From positions 12,712,001-12,776,000 of the forward strand of contig NC_087438.1 in NCBI RefSeq assembly GCF_036321535.1: DNA of 64,000 nucleotides, read 5' to 3'. Under the pieces are notes generated by a model. That model had not been told where the DNA came from, ran no database searches, and was given only the letters and a program-made list of their open reading frames with translations. Below are positions 27,307 through 40,389 of the stretch, piece by piece. This DNA comes from Camelus dromedarius (Eukaryota). Positions within the stretch are counted from its first letter, which is position 1; each line of letters opens with the position of its first letter. Made by a program: the position numbers and the translations under genes.

Positions 27307-27966
27307 TTTTGTTTTTTGAGTAAAAGTAGATTTATTTACAGAGATGGACAAGGTGTTGCGGGGTGAGATGGTTGGTTAAAGTAAAGGTAGATATACACTC
27401 CATAGGCAGGGTACGGGCTGTCTCAGAAGGTGAGAGAGAGAGAGAGAGAGAGGCTAACTCGAGGCCCAGTGTTGCCAGTTCTTAGATGCTAACAAATGAG
27501 AGGATTATTCCAACTACTTTGGGGAAGGGGTGGGGATTCCCAGGAACTGGACCACTGGCCTCTCTTTGACCTTTCCTGGTTAGCTTCGGAACCGTCATGG
27601 CACCTGTGGGCGTACTAGTACATTACAGTGTATAATGAAGCTCAAGGTCCCCTGGAGGTCAAATCTCCCACCATAGTGGGCCTCAGGGTCTATTGGGAGT
27701 TGACTTTTCCGCCATCTCCATGCTAATTGCTGTGTCAATGCTTTAATGTCTGTGTCCTGCCCCCTTCCCTCCTGTCTCATTCCCTCCTCAGAGATTTTAC
27801 TCCCATAATCTTATGGGGGTGCAGAGGGGTGGCGGTCCATCTTCTGTAGCTGCTTCAAGGCTGAGTAGCGGTGTTGACCCTGCCTATCAAGGAGTAAAAA
27901 ATCTCTGAATGCCTAATCTAGGGGTCCCGGGGGCAGGACAGCTTTCTGTTTCTTGAGTCCAAGACA
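27307..27966 (-). mobile_element. ERV transcript 3' end (internal sequence + PPT + U3-R + polyA) inserted with a 12-bp TSD
   Basis: On the minus strand: PPT gaggagggaa (27780-27789), LTR start TGAGACAGG at 27779, AATAAA (27331-27336), A tail (27305-27317). TSD ttcaaatagctt at 27295-27306 and 27967-27978. Confidence 0.75.
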
Positions 27967-28242
27967 TTCAAATAGCTTCTAATTGCACTCGAAAATTTCT
28001 TTTAAATTAGTCCAAATTTTTGATAAAACTGATATTTACTGAAAAATGAGATGGATAATGTATCTAACAGCACCAACATAGACTCTGTTAGGCGTGCTGA
28101 GGAGGAGCCATGGTGTGATAATGTCACAGCAGTATTATTAAGTTAGTAGTAGGTACCCCTGAGAAGAGTGACCAGGATAGGATTTTTGTATTGATTTTGA
28201 CTTAGGCCCTCTTTTTCTTTTGTTTATTGGAATGATCTGCTG

Positions 28243-28394
28243 ATTCTCTTCATTTTTAAAAAAAATTATTTTTGAGGGGGGAGGTAATTAGGTTTATTTA
28301 CTTACTTATTTTTTATGGAGGTGCTGGGGATCGGACCCAGGACCTCATGCATGCTAAGCCAGCACTCTACCACTTGAGCTATACCCTCCTCACT
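28243..28394 (-). mobile_element. tRNA-derived SINE (camelid vic-1-like) with 13-bp TSD
   Basis: Minus strand reads ggagggtatagctcaagtggtagag..gaggtcctgggtccgatccccagcacctcc (A/B-box-like) plus an A-rich tail. TSD gaatgatctgctg at 28230-28242 and 28395-28407. Confidence 0.85.
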
Positions 28395-31300
28395 GAATGA
28401 TCTGCTGGTATGCCTTGGCTAGGTCTGTGTCCCACACTATTCTGGTAGATTCCTGGTATCATTATGTTGTTAGCAACTTCCTTTTTCTTTGGTTACCATG
28501 ACCCAAAAGTTGAATTTTCTCCCCTACTCAGTCCCAACTTTCCTTCCTTATTGACAAAGTTGCCCACTAACTGTTTTTGTGTTGCACCATTTCTCTGTCT
28601 TTGTTTTTATTTGTCAATTCAAAATCCTGTGGAAGTCTTGGCATGTTGCTCTTTTCCAATGTGAGATATTCTCCCCTGAGAATTGCTCTAGGAAAAAAGA
28701 AAAATAGTGCAGAATACTTTTGCCAAATGTGTATAAATGTCTTGTGGTGAGAAGGGGTTTGTAAATGTCTTGAATTTTGATGGGAAAAGGGTTGCAGTGA
28801 AATTTTGCCTGGAGGACATCTATCCCGCTATAGAAGTCCTATTAGGCACAGGTCCACGAACCTTACCTTCAAGCATGTTTATAGTCTTACACATATGTGC
28901 ATATACAGTTATTGTATGTGTAGTTATAAATTATATGCGTATGTTTCTGTGTACATTACAAGCACATGGGCAACAGAATTTCAGAAGGTCAAGATGCAAA
29001 TAAAAATCGATATTCTAGTGTTTTTCTTATTCAGTCTGGTAAATTGCTTTCTGTGCTCTGGGTGCATCTCCCACTCTGGAGAGCGAATATCCCATTGGCT
29101 CTCATAGCTGAGATGAGAGGCCGCCTGTTTTCTGCTTCACTAAGGTTTTGTGTTTTAATGGCTTCATAGAACACTGAGTCATATTTTTGTTCATTTGGGT
29201 GTGAGGATACAGAATTAAACCTACGGGATATTATTTTCACTTGTGGCCTATGATGAGTTTAGGGAGTCTGGCGATTTCCACGATGAAGCAGGTTGTTGCT
29301 GGAGGACCACCATGCTGATGCAGCTTGTTGGGGAGCGAGGAGCCTCATGGTCAGTGTTACAGTGCAAATCCCACAATGCCATGCCAATTTATTTTGGCAC
29401 AAGCTGAATTTTATATTCATTCTGATGACTGACTTGAGGCAAAAACGGTCAGTTTTGAGGGAGTTTACGATTTTTCTAATTGCTACCCAGGGGCACCATT
29501 TAGCCCCTTTATGGTGGGTGCATGTCATTTTATGCTACAGTGGTGGAACCCAGCACCATGCATATAAGAAAGTGTCTAATCATCTCTCTACCATAAGTTT
29601 AAGACACTGTGATATCCCTTCCCTGCATAGTTGGATGTAAATTTTCATCTAAATATTGAGTAAAGGGATCGCAAATGTTAGTGACTAGACAGTGATAAAC
29701 GCAGAGATTAGAAGTCTTCCTAGCCCCTTTGCGCTCACTGTGCTTGTTGTACTCACCTAGTCTCAGCTTTTAAATACTTTCTCAGTTATTTGAAAGAAGA
29801 GATAGATCTGCCAAACCAGGTTTCACTTCTGAAAGGGTACGGTCACAAAAGGTGGTGTCAAGAAAACCAAAGTAATAACATAATTTCTTTTAGAAATGCT
29901 GAGGAGGTGTGGTCAGCCAAAAGGGAAGGAAGATGTCCGAGGAGGGTCACTATCTCTTCTGTACTCGAAGAGACAGTAAATGGCAATTTGGGGAAAATTA
30001 TCTGCCAGACTGCATTCTCTCATCCTGATCGTGAACCTCACATCTACATTCATCTTAATCATGAAAATATGGAAGTGAATAGGATTAATTAGCACATTTT
30101 GAAATGGTATCAAGATAGAGCCTATTTTAAAATCAAATTAAGAATGGAATTAATAGAAATGGACATAAATAGGTGAGTAAAGCAGTAACGCTCATTAGAA
30201 ATATACAAACAATAACACAGTGCACAGATGGGCTGATATTTAATATTGGGCTGAAGGTCTGGAATGAACATAGAGTTTTACTGGAAATGGAAATGGCATT
30301 TTACTGGCAAGCAGGAAAAGTAATAACTGGCTACTTGGGATAATTCCTAATTGAGGACTTAATAGACTTTGGCTTAATAGACACTTTTGAGATTTGAGTT
30401 AAGCTAGGAAACTAATAGCTTTTATATTAATTAACATGTTAGTGATAGATTAAAATATCTGAAGTAAAGTTGGTGGTGGTTTCTGAAACAGTTACGAAAC
30501 ATACTAGTAGGATCAGTAATATCGACATTATATTGGTGGTTGAGAATGTATATTCTGAGACCAACGTAGTACAGGGATACCAAGATTTGATAAATTTGTT
30601 TAAGCCAGGCTAGGAACCATATGTTTACATTTGAGTTTCTGCCATCAACAGTGCATTTAACACGGCCAACAAATGTACTCTGGAGTGAGTAACAAAATCA
30701 GAGCAGGAGGCACGAAAGTCAATATTCAGTATGCTTGAATAGGATATATGACTCCAACTTCGCAGGCCAAATTCAATATCTACTCTACTGTAAATTTTTG
30801 CCAAATATGTATTAATATTCATTATTCCTTCCAAGGCATTTTGGACATTAATAAAGACTCAAGGGAGAAATGGACACTTTGGCAACTTCGTGGCCATTTT
30901 GAAACGGAAAGACGCCTAAGGCTAAGTTTAGACTGTCGGTTTGTGATGTTTATAGATTTGGTATCACACTGTCCTGTGAGTTCTAAAGACAGATATTCTT
31001 TAAAAAGTCTCACAAAACTTCTGAGCATTAAATAGCCTTTCACAAATAACATCTTGGTGAGTTGGATGTAAATAAGCCAAAACCATGAGTAATAGGTTGA
31101 TCTGGGCTTCTACATGAAGGGGGAGAGTACATGGTTAACTGTGACCAGACACTGTAACTGTAGTTTCTATTAAGTGTTTGAAGGAAGAATTGTTTGATTC
31201 AACAGTTTTATCAACTGCCTGCCTCTCTTCTACTGAACACCTTTCCTGGGTTGAGCCAGCTGCCTTTTAGGTAGAATTTGATCCAGTTCCCAAGCCTTAT

Positions 31301-31787
31301 TTATATCTTTGTGGCAAATTTGTTTTCTTCCTCTCCTTCTGTGAGCCTTTTTGCATACTTCTCAAATTCCATATATTTCTCAAATTCCATATATATTCAA
31401 ATGACTTTATCTTTTCTTTGCAATAGCTCCCACAGTTATCTTTTTCTTCTCTCTCTCTTTCTTGAGAATATAATCAAATATTATTAGAAAAGTTCCCAGT
31501 GAGGCTAGAGGTCATCTTAGGTACCTATGAGGACAGCAAAGATCAGAAAGATGACTTTGATTGTCATGGGAGTTTGGTCCTGAAGTGCAGGTCTGTGATT
31601 TTGACCATGGGTCAAATCTCACTTTGTTTTGGGGCATCTGTGAAAGGCCTTTGGATTCTGATAGCTTCCTTTTTCAATTTCCTCTGCCCGATTTCTTAGG
31701 GAAAATTACCTGTTCTTCCATTTACCAAATACTTAACTGATACGTACCAGGTGTTTTGCTAGGGGCTGGGAGCCAATGTATCCCTGG

Positions 31788-31972
31788 TAGGACCAGCTAC
31801 ATAATTAAAAGAATTCAGTGCAAAATAAAAATGCAAGGTTCCTTGTTCAAAACTTATTAAGAGTCTCAAGATGGCAGGAGCAGGGCCTCAGGCCAGGTGT
31901 AGGGCTCTTCTGAGTCCCAGGCTCTGTGTGACTGGCTGCACAGGTCACACATGCGTAAAGCCAACCCCAGCC
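31788..31972. mobile_element. MER45-like hAT-Tip100 MITE
   Basis: aggaccagctacataatt..cagtgcaaaataaaaatgcaaggttccttgttcaaaa..cacaggtcacac. Confidence 0.65.
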
Positions 31973-33388
31973 CTGGGTTCATCTTCATATAACATTCTTT
32001 TCATCAAGTCACTCTGCTGATACATTACTAAATGCTGCATTTCTTAAATAGTCGTGTTTAAGTTCCAAGAACCCTTAACCATTTGGCCCAAACCTGAATT
32101 TTCATCTTTATTTGTCATGTTTCCACTAAGTGAATGCTGCCTGCCTAACTAAGATTATACAGAGGGGGGAAATCCACTTTCTTAGTACCAGGAAGCAGAG
32201 TGGCAAACTATTTGAAGAAGAGGTCTTGGTGAATCTCTCAAAATGGAGAAGCGATCCTCAGAAAGACACTGGATAGCGAGAGGATGAGGAGCTCTCTACA
32301 CAACAGAAGGAGGAAGGGAGGAGTGGCGATGGAGCAGAGCCACAGGGTTTAGTCTCAGAAAGACTCTTGGCTTCCCTGGCAGCAAGCTTTCTGGGGAGAA
32401 GAACCATTTGAGTGGAGGTCTATATTCTTGTTATTGTATCCGGAAAACCCTCCTCTATCTTCCCTACAAAATCTCCAGCTAAATTTACTTTGTTCAGTAC
32501 TGCAGTTGATAGGAATGGAGTCTTTTTGGCAATGCATGGAAACTCTGAGTCTGTGTCAGGGTTGCTATGTTACAAAATCAGTGACTTTGTGATGGGGACT
32601 ACCAACAAATGGCTTCTGCGAGTTATTTTGCCATTTCCTGTACGTGTCTGACATATACCATTCCTGACCTACCCCTTCCATTATTCCTTCCTCTTTGTGC
32701 TTTGCTTCTTTAAAGCCTATATATCTTGTGAGGTCAAAATCAAACTTTCCTTTCTCTAAGAAATCCTAAAAACCATCCTGCCTCCAAATGATCACTTCTG
32801 CTACAGGTGCATTTTATTTATTATGAACCACTGAGCATTTACTTAGTGCCTCTTTCTAGATAGGATTGTTTTACATGCCTCTGCCTGATCCTCTTATATT
32901 CAGGAAGCTCACTGAGGACAGGATTTTTTTTAATCTCTTTTTATCATCACACCCAGCCCAGTACCATGTCTCTATACCTGAAAGGAGGCTGATCTTAAAG
33001 GGATAATAAACTTGACTGGATTAGAGAAAACCTTAATGTCAAAGAGAAATAAAAGAGAAGCAGAAAATACTCAAGTTTTAGAGACAGGTTGACAAAGCTT
33101 TAGTAACACTGTGTGATCCTGTTCCAGAGAGGCAGAGCCTCTCACAAAAGTCAGCTGATAAATATTCTCTTCTAAAAAGTGATATTTTGATCAGATACAT
33201 TAGTACATCTAAGACTTTTTAATAACCTTCCTGAAGCAAGCAGCAGATATCCCAGTATAGGAGTCACAGGACAAATGCAATAAGGGACACACTGAAAATA
33301 TACAGGCTTCCCGAGAATGTCTCTACTACCTGTGATACGAGGCTCAGAACAATCACGGATGCCTTGGGAGGAACCTGGTATAACGTAC

Positions 33389-33526
33389 TCGGAATATATT
33401 CCATCACCATAGTCATCATGCTTAATGAACTCTATGTTGTTTTCATGACAGTGTATGAGTTCGGTCTTCCCATTTAAATTATTTATCACATTCATAACGT
33501 TCTGTAGGTACTGTTTGAACACACAC
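33389..33526 (-). other. Candidate coding exon of an unidentified minus-strand gene or pseudogene
   Basis: Acceptor tttctaccccatcag, donor GA|gtacgt, open frame CVFKQYLQNVMNVINNLNGKTELIHCHENNIEFIKHDDYGDGIYS. Phase-compatible with 34442-34574. Confidence 0.3.
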
Positions 33527-34441
33527 CTGATGGGGTAGAAACCGTGATGAGTAGAGTCAGTATTCTGATGCCTGGAATGGGCTACAGGCAGGTAACCAGC
33601 ACAACTTGCAGTTTTCTTTTAAAGATATTTGTTTCTGTGTGGACGTTCTACATAGGGTTTTGCTAGAAGAGGAGGAAGATGAGATCAGCTGAGAAAGCCA
33701 GGACTGACCCTGCTGGAGGAGAAACTCTCAAGTAGGAATACAGTTTTGTTATACCCACAAATATATAATTTGATATCAGAAGACATTGGGAACTGAGAAG
33801 TCAAACATGGCGAAGGTGGCAGTGTAGATGTCTACACCACAGAAAATCCGAAGGACCTCCCTGTATGAAGTCAAGTGAGTAGGTAGCAATATGGATCCAT
33901 GGATATTATATGGTTGGGGATTGAGAAGTCTTAGTAAGAAAATGACTCACTCATTCAAACAACTTTTTGCCTGAAGTTCTTTCCCCCTAGAAACTTACCA
34001 GGGAGGCATTACCTTCGAGAGTTAGTAAGGTGCTTAAGCTTACAGGCTTGGAAGGTTGAGAATCATCTGTCTCTAAGGCTCAGGTTTGTATTAACTGAGT
34101 TTGATGCTGATATGGGACACAGAATGTAAATTTATCCTTTTGCAGTGAAAGCTGTAACTGCCATAGGAACCAGAGCGTTTATGACCTCAGCATCAGTACA
34201 TTCTCTCCCTGCAGGTCAGCCTGTAAGGGAGGACACATTCTAATCAGAACTCTTGCCAGCGAGGCATCAGAACATAAAGCATTCGTTTGATGAACTACAG
34301 TGTTTCTCAGCAGTAGGCTAAATAAGCCTGTTGTTTTCATCACCACAAAAGAAAGGCCTTGACAATGGACCACAGTATCTGCCGTCTGCTGGCTGGGCCC
34401 ATTGCTTATTCAAAATGCTTGAATAAGCAGCTCACATGTAC

Positions 34442-34574
34442 CTTTCTGACTCTCCTGTTACAGCTTCTAGAAGCCGCCAAGCCCACTTTGGAGCAACATA
34501 CTCTTTCTTAAGACTTTTTAATGAACTCTCTCTGACCACATTCAGATCCTTTAGGTTTAAGTCCTTAATGTGAC
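34442..34574 (-). other. Candidate coding exon of an unidentified minus-strand gene or pseudogene
   Basis: Acceptor cattttgcaag, donor AG|gtacat, open frame HIKDLNLKDLNVVRESSLKSLKKEYVAPKWAWRLLEAVTGESE. Confidence 0.25.
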
Positions 34575-36097
34575 CTTGCAAAATGCAGTGGCCTTTTAGA
34601 AATGATTGTATTTTCTTCTTTTCCTGGTTCGTCAATGATTACTTAATTTCAGCTTGTGGACAATAAGGAGACAAACCCTAGTCATTGTTGGTGATGGGGG
34701 TCTGGTGGCATTATTGAGTGTTGGGGTGGGGAGTGACAAGGTGTTCAAGAAGGGAAGTGGAGACTAGGAAAGCTTTCTAGTCACCAGAGAAACCAGCCTG
34801 AGTTTGGAGTGGGAAAACTTAGGAGATCATTTGTGTTGATTCAGCTGGGATGGTCGCGGGGTGCTGATGTACTGGTGCAGAGAGTTTACCCTAAGATGCA
34901 TTAGTGCCTAAATTTGTGGCAGCAAGAAAGTGCAAATGCGGGTGAGTGATGACTGCTCCGGTCAGGAGGAGATGGTGTAAATCAGACCCAGTGTAAACTA
35001 AAGACATGGACACCTGAGGCTTGGAGAAAAGGCCTGATATAGGGAGTGGGTTTGGTAATTCTTTCTGGACCACTCAGTCCTATCCTGATTGATGGAGGCA
35101 GCAGAGAAGGTAAATTTTCACTTCACTTCTTCTTGTCTAGTCTACCCTTCTTTCTAATAGAGAGAAAGTAAATTGGAGCATGGAAAAAGTTTTCTTAAAA
35201 AGATTCAACTAAAATCTTAACTAGTAAGCATGTCCACATTTTTCTTTTCCTTTTTACAGCCATATTCTGACAGAATTAGGACAAAATTTAATTTGTTTTG
35301 GAAAGCACTACAGACCCCTCATCAAAAAAAAAAAAAAAAAAAAAAGCAAAAATAAATGTCTTTCAGAGGGTCTGTGTCACTGGTTTCAGACAGATTTTGT
35401 TAACAAATCTGAACTTTGTCCTACAGTACTATTTAGCCATTGTTTTGTGAATTGAAACCAAGACATTATTAAATTCTAGCAAGACAAGAAATAAACTAGT
35501 TGTTTAATTGACAGGTTTTTTTTTTCTCTTCTATCCAAGATAAAGAAGCAAACAACAAAAAAAAATTACAGTGCTATCAGCTGCACTGTGCACGTACCCT
35601 TATGACAGTGCTGTGTTCTATACCTGACTTCAGTAATCAAATTTCGCGAATATACAAGAAAGGGTTTTTTACAAATAGCTCTGTTCTTGTCATTAATCAA
35701 ATGTGAACCAAACCATTTAATTCCATTTTAGAGGCATTAAACTGATTTTAACCCTTTGTTTTCACCAGCCCACCCTTCTGCCCCTATCTTGTACATGTTG
35801 TTTCTCAAGGAGGTACTCAAAAGAAGTAAGAAATGATGGTGGAATTACTTAAATCATGGAAAACACAATGGCATTTAGGGCTCCGTTGGAGTCCTGCTTT
35901 AATATGTGTCTGGGTTCAAGCTGTGGATCTGCTTTAAATGTGATCATTTTAGAACTAGATCTCTCAGAGTAAATGAGTGGTCTTTGATGTGATTCAACAG
36001 TGGATTTTTTTAATTACGTAGCTCTCTATCGTATGTTGTTGGGTTGCTTGATTTTTTTTTATTTTGATAAACTTTCTTTGAATATGAAAGTATAAGT

Positions 36098-36350
36098 ATA
36101 GTCAATTCTGCTATAACATGACACGTGATCTTAAAAACCACCCTCCTATTCAAAGCCACACAATATAAAAGACAAGGCTTGTGGCGGAAATGGGGTTTCG
36201 GGGTATAACACTCAAAAACTGTTACCGACACATACAAAGATGGAAACCTAACAAAATAGGTAGTACGATCTTATACATGTTAAAGGTTAAGAAACATATA
36301 AATGCTACAACACAAACTGCACTTTAACCTGTATTTGCTTGTAAAATTGC
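36098..36350. mobile_element. TcMar-Tigger-like fragment
   Basis: Starts tatagtcaattctgctataac, a Tigger-type TIR after TA. Confidence 0.45.
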
Positions 36351-37602
36351 TACAGTTTGTGAGTTATTGGGAAGTGGTGGGAAGGCAGTTATTTTGATTT
36401 GTAGGCTTCCTGATGATTTTCTGCAAAGTTAGACCATGGAGGAGTGAGTAGGAACTTGAGGGTGTTGGAGGCCATGAAGAGTGAGCTTACGGAGTGTACC
36501 TGCCAAATTAAATCACATGAATATAACTTTTCTTGTGGTCATGATCACCAGTGCACCAGAAATACAGAAATTCAAGAATATAACTAAGTCAGCTCAACCC
36601 CAACCTCCAAAGGTCCCACTGACTTCAATTTAACGTGAGACTTATCAACGAAAAAGGAAATCAGATCATGGCTATTGTATGAAGTCTGTTTTACTACTGA
36701 AAATACAAACTAAAAAAAAAAAAACAAACCTGATTTTATGTATCATTTAATTGCTATTAAATTTATCTTTAATGATTTACTAATTTGTAATGACATTCAA
36801 AAAAAGAAAAATTACACAATGCTGGAATCTCACATTCCCTAAATAAGTCCTTCAGTTAAAAAATAAATACATATTATATTATTATATAAACATAAAAAAT
36901 ACAATACTATGGAAAGTGGAATAATAAGATATTATTTCTTTATCTATGCATACAGTTAAAATTTAAAGCATTCAATTTATAATCAAACATTTGACTCCGT
37001 AAAATTTTATGCTCTTGTTCTCAAAGGGGCATAAAACATAAACAACATCCAATATGTAAGCCTACATCTTGAAACTTATGTGACAGAAAAAAGATTCAGG
37101 CAATACAAAGTAAAATTGATCTGGTGTTCGTATTCATTAGCATAACAGTCAAGTAAGGGCAAGGATATAAAATGTACAGCATACATGATCCAGAAATCTC
37201 AAGTGAGTTCCAGGAAAATGCTTTATAAGACATCTCAGCCAAACTTGTTAAAGCAATTGCAACTATTCTGACTTGGCATTTGAGGTGTATTACTTAAACC
37301 TGGGTTGGGAAGTAGGCAGAAAGAAGCTGAATTCTGGAGCTGTCAGGGCCATGTCATTCGCTGTGTGAAGACAGCCAGTTTGCAGTGAGGGAGAACCAGA
37401 GACACACAGATAAGGGACAGGCAGCATCCCGTGCCATACAAGCCCATGGAACTCCCACATGCACTCTCGGTTCCACTCCAAGCTTGCCATTTTATCTGTC
37501 CCACCAACTCCATGAATCAATGTATTTCCATTTTTGCTTAAGCTGTGTAAGTTTCTGCCAGTGGTATGCATACCGTTTTAAGTACCTATTATTACCCCAC
37601 AC

Positions 37603-37756
37603 TTAGGGCTTTTTGTGGCTTTGCTGCCCTGACGGTCCTCCCCAAACACTGAAATGTTCTTTCAGCACACTTCTGAGCAATTCCTCTGATGCTTTTAATG
37701 GTTAGATCTCCAAGTAAAGTACAATCACTAAGTTGTAGAAAATGGTGCCTACTTGA
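37603..37756 (-). other. Candidate coding exon of an unidentified minus-strand gene or pseudogene
   Basis: Strong acceptor tttcagttttattttcag, open frame SSRHHFLQLSDCTLLGDLTIKSIRG..KAL. Donor is weak (gtgtgg). Confidence 0.25.
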
Positions 37757-39332
37757 CTGAAAATAAAACTGAAACCTAAAAGACAAAAGTGGATACCGAC
37801 TTGCTCATCTTGAGTTCAGGCAGAGACAAATTCCTTTTCAGGGAAGAAGAGCGTCCCCTAAGCTACTTACCATTGGGGGCTTTTTGGTGAACAGAGAAGG
37901 TATGGATCCTGGGCTCAGGCTAGTATATTTAGGCAGGGTTAAGGCAAGAGGAAGCTAAACTGCTCTGCCTGAAAAGAGAAGAAGGGAGTTTTTAAATTGG
38001 ACAAAAGTCAGAGTAAGGCCACAGGGTTTACCAGCAAGTCTCTGTGCAACAGAACCACTACTTACGAGCTTGTGCGTTGAGTGCAAAAATCCCCCCTTAT
38101 TCCCACAAAGACGTTTCTCAGTTTCTGAGTAACTAGAGTTTCTGGTCAATAGAAATTCTGTGTCATGTTCAGGGTTGGAAAGTTAACCTCCTTTATGTTA
38201 CTTTTGACATGTTCATTGGATTCCCAAGTTAAGCTTCTTTGGGTCATGCTCATTCTCATTGGCTCAGGCGGTCTTGAATATGCAGGCTCTACTTGGCAGA
38301 CCATTTTTGGGATCAACCGTGTTACTTCCTTAAAACTATTTCTGCTCCTCTGTATTATCCAATTTGTTGAATCTGGGCTCTTAAATTCAAATTAAAAGCC
38401 ACACTCTTAGCCTTTAAACTTCCTAGTTCTGGACTGAGATGTAGTAAGGTGAACATTCCTGTGGGGGCATGGGGTACTGTTTTAGCCTATTAGCTATGAA
38501 TCTTATATGGTTCCTTCAAGGAAGGTTCTGACATACAGCCCAAATACATAAATTCTGTTGAATGTATATTTATTTTTGTTTAAGCTTCTTTAATATTTAA
38601 GATCCTAGAGGGTATAGACCATATTGTCTTTAAACTACGGGTAAAGAGCTACCATTATTTTAGAAAAGATACATGAAACACACCATAAAAGACCACAGAG
38701 CAGACAAAAGGAAACTGAACTCTTATTCTGACAACTTCTGAGTCAAAGAATTAGAAGAATTTCTTTTTGTAGTTTCAAAGAAGGGAGACTGAATTGAGAA
38801 TATGGTTAACGTAGAAGAAATAATATCATTAATTAAGAAATAATCTGCAATGTTCTATATCTCAAATTCTTTCTTCACTTAAGATAATTACTTTGAGTTG
38901 CACCTGTTAAGTTGGTTATTTTTAGTAGACGTCAACTGATTTTGCTTCTGCTTTGAAATTACAATGTCAAGTTTATAACTTTCATAAATTTAAAGGACTT
39001 ATTTTAAACTAAAGAAACATTGCACATTCCCCATAACAACTTTTGCACATTAGATTAAGTTTTTGGCTGAAGCACAATATGATTTTTTTCCCTCTGATAG
39101 GGTAACCTTAAAGATAAATCTATATTTTAATTTATTCCTTCAATGCACTCTCATCCTGTGAATAATGCCATTTTAATAAATTTTACATTAGTTCCAAAAA
39201 TCCTGAGTCACCTAATATATTCCTATAAATTTCATACTTTGGGGCTTTTGGTGCCAAGCTTTAAATCTAATTTAATAATAGTAAAAAATTTTACTCTATT
39301 TTTTGATGCCTTCTGAACTTTATGTAGGTTAC

Positions 39333-39407
39333 AAATATAAGCAAGTCAATCAGTAGAATCACTGCCATGTCATAGGCATTATAATTAAAACCCAGACCAC
39401 AGAAAAG
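39333..39407 (-). other. Candidate coding exon of an unidentified minus-strand gene or pseudogene
   Basis: T24 tract plus gcctccacttcag acceptor, donor gtaacc, 75 nt, LFCGLGFNYNAYDMAVILLIDLLIF. Confidence 0.22.
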
Positions 39408-40389
39408 CTGAAGTGGAGGCAAAAAAAAAAAAAAAAAAAAAAAAGAAGAAGACAGCAACAAGATATATAAAGTTGGGCTGCCCAGTTGAGAAACACACGG
39501 AAAATGCACAGGGTACAAGGGTCATTGATTTCATTGTTGACTTTAGGACAAGTTGATGTCTATTGTCTTTATTTTTTTTAATCAATATCTTTTTCTGATT
39601 ATGTTATCCAGTTTTTAGTGTAAGGATACTGAGAAAATACATTTTTAGCAGCTCTTAAAGATAATCATTGTAGGGGGAGATCAACTTTGCTGAAAAGACA
39701 CTTTCTAAGTTCAGATTTCAGGGGGAAGAAGGGAGCTCCTTGTCGTAATAAAGGAAGGAAGCAGGTACAGTGTTGCAGAGGGCAAGGCAGGAGAGGATGG
39801 CCAACTGCTGGGGGTGAAAAGTATGCATTTAGGAAAAGAGAGAGTTGAATGAAGATTTCTTTTTAGTGGAATCCTAGAGATCCCGTTGAAACAAATCTTT
39901 GATAATCCTACTCCAATTCTGGGGGCAGATGGATTTCTTAAAGAAACTGGTGGGAGGAGTTGAGGTCTGAGTTAAGGTTGCACAGAGATCAAAAAGAGTT
40001 AAGTTTAGCTGTAAAGGTCATTTTCTGTTTCATTTGATGATTAAAAGCTACTTTTAATACACAAAAGTGAAGTTTTAAGATTAGATTTGATTTAATTGAA
40101 AAACCTGGTCTTAAGTGGTATACTGTCTGTATGACATTAACAGAAATGCAGTCCAGTCATAAAAATTAATTAAAAGAGATTAAATTAACATTACCAAAAA
40201 TGTTGGAGGGAAACTCATTCATAAACCACAGTTTACAGGTTAAAATCCTCTTCTCCGCTCCTCCACCAGTATTTTCCAGATCCTGTGGCTGCTCAGAAAC
40301 TAGTCTATTGACCCTTCTCTCTCCAACCCCCAGACAGCATCTTATCCTTGTCCCCATCTCCATTTCCAATCTAAATCCAACAAATAGCA

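Noticed and set aside
28300..28390. tRNA gene
   Set aside because: The tRNA-like head has an A-rich tail and a TSD, so it is a SINE.
31359..31396. 18-bp tandem duplication (ttctcaaattccatatat x2)
   Set aside because: Ordinary slippage duplication with no sign of function.
35565..35592. microRNA precursor (miR-101-like text)
   Set aside because: The stem is only about 7 bp and does not match any mature miRNA I recall.
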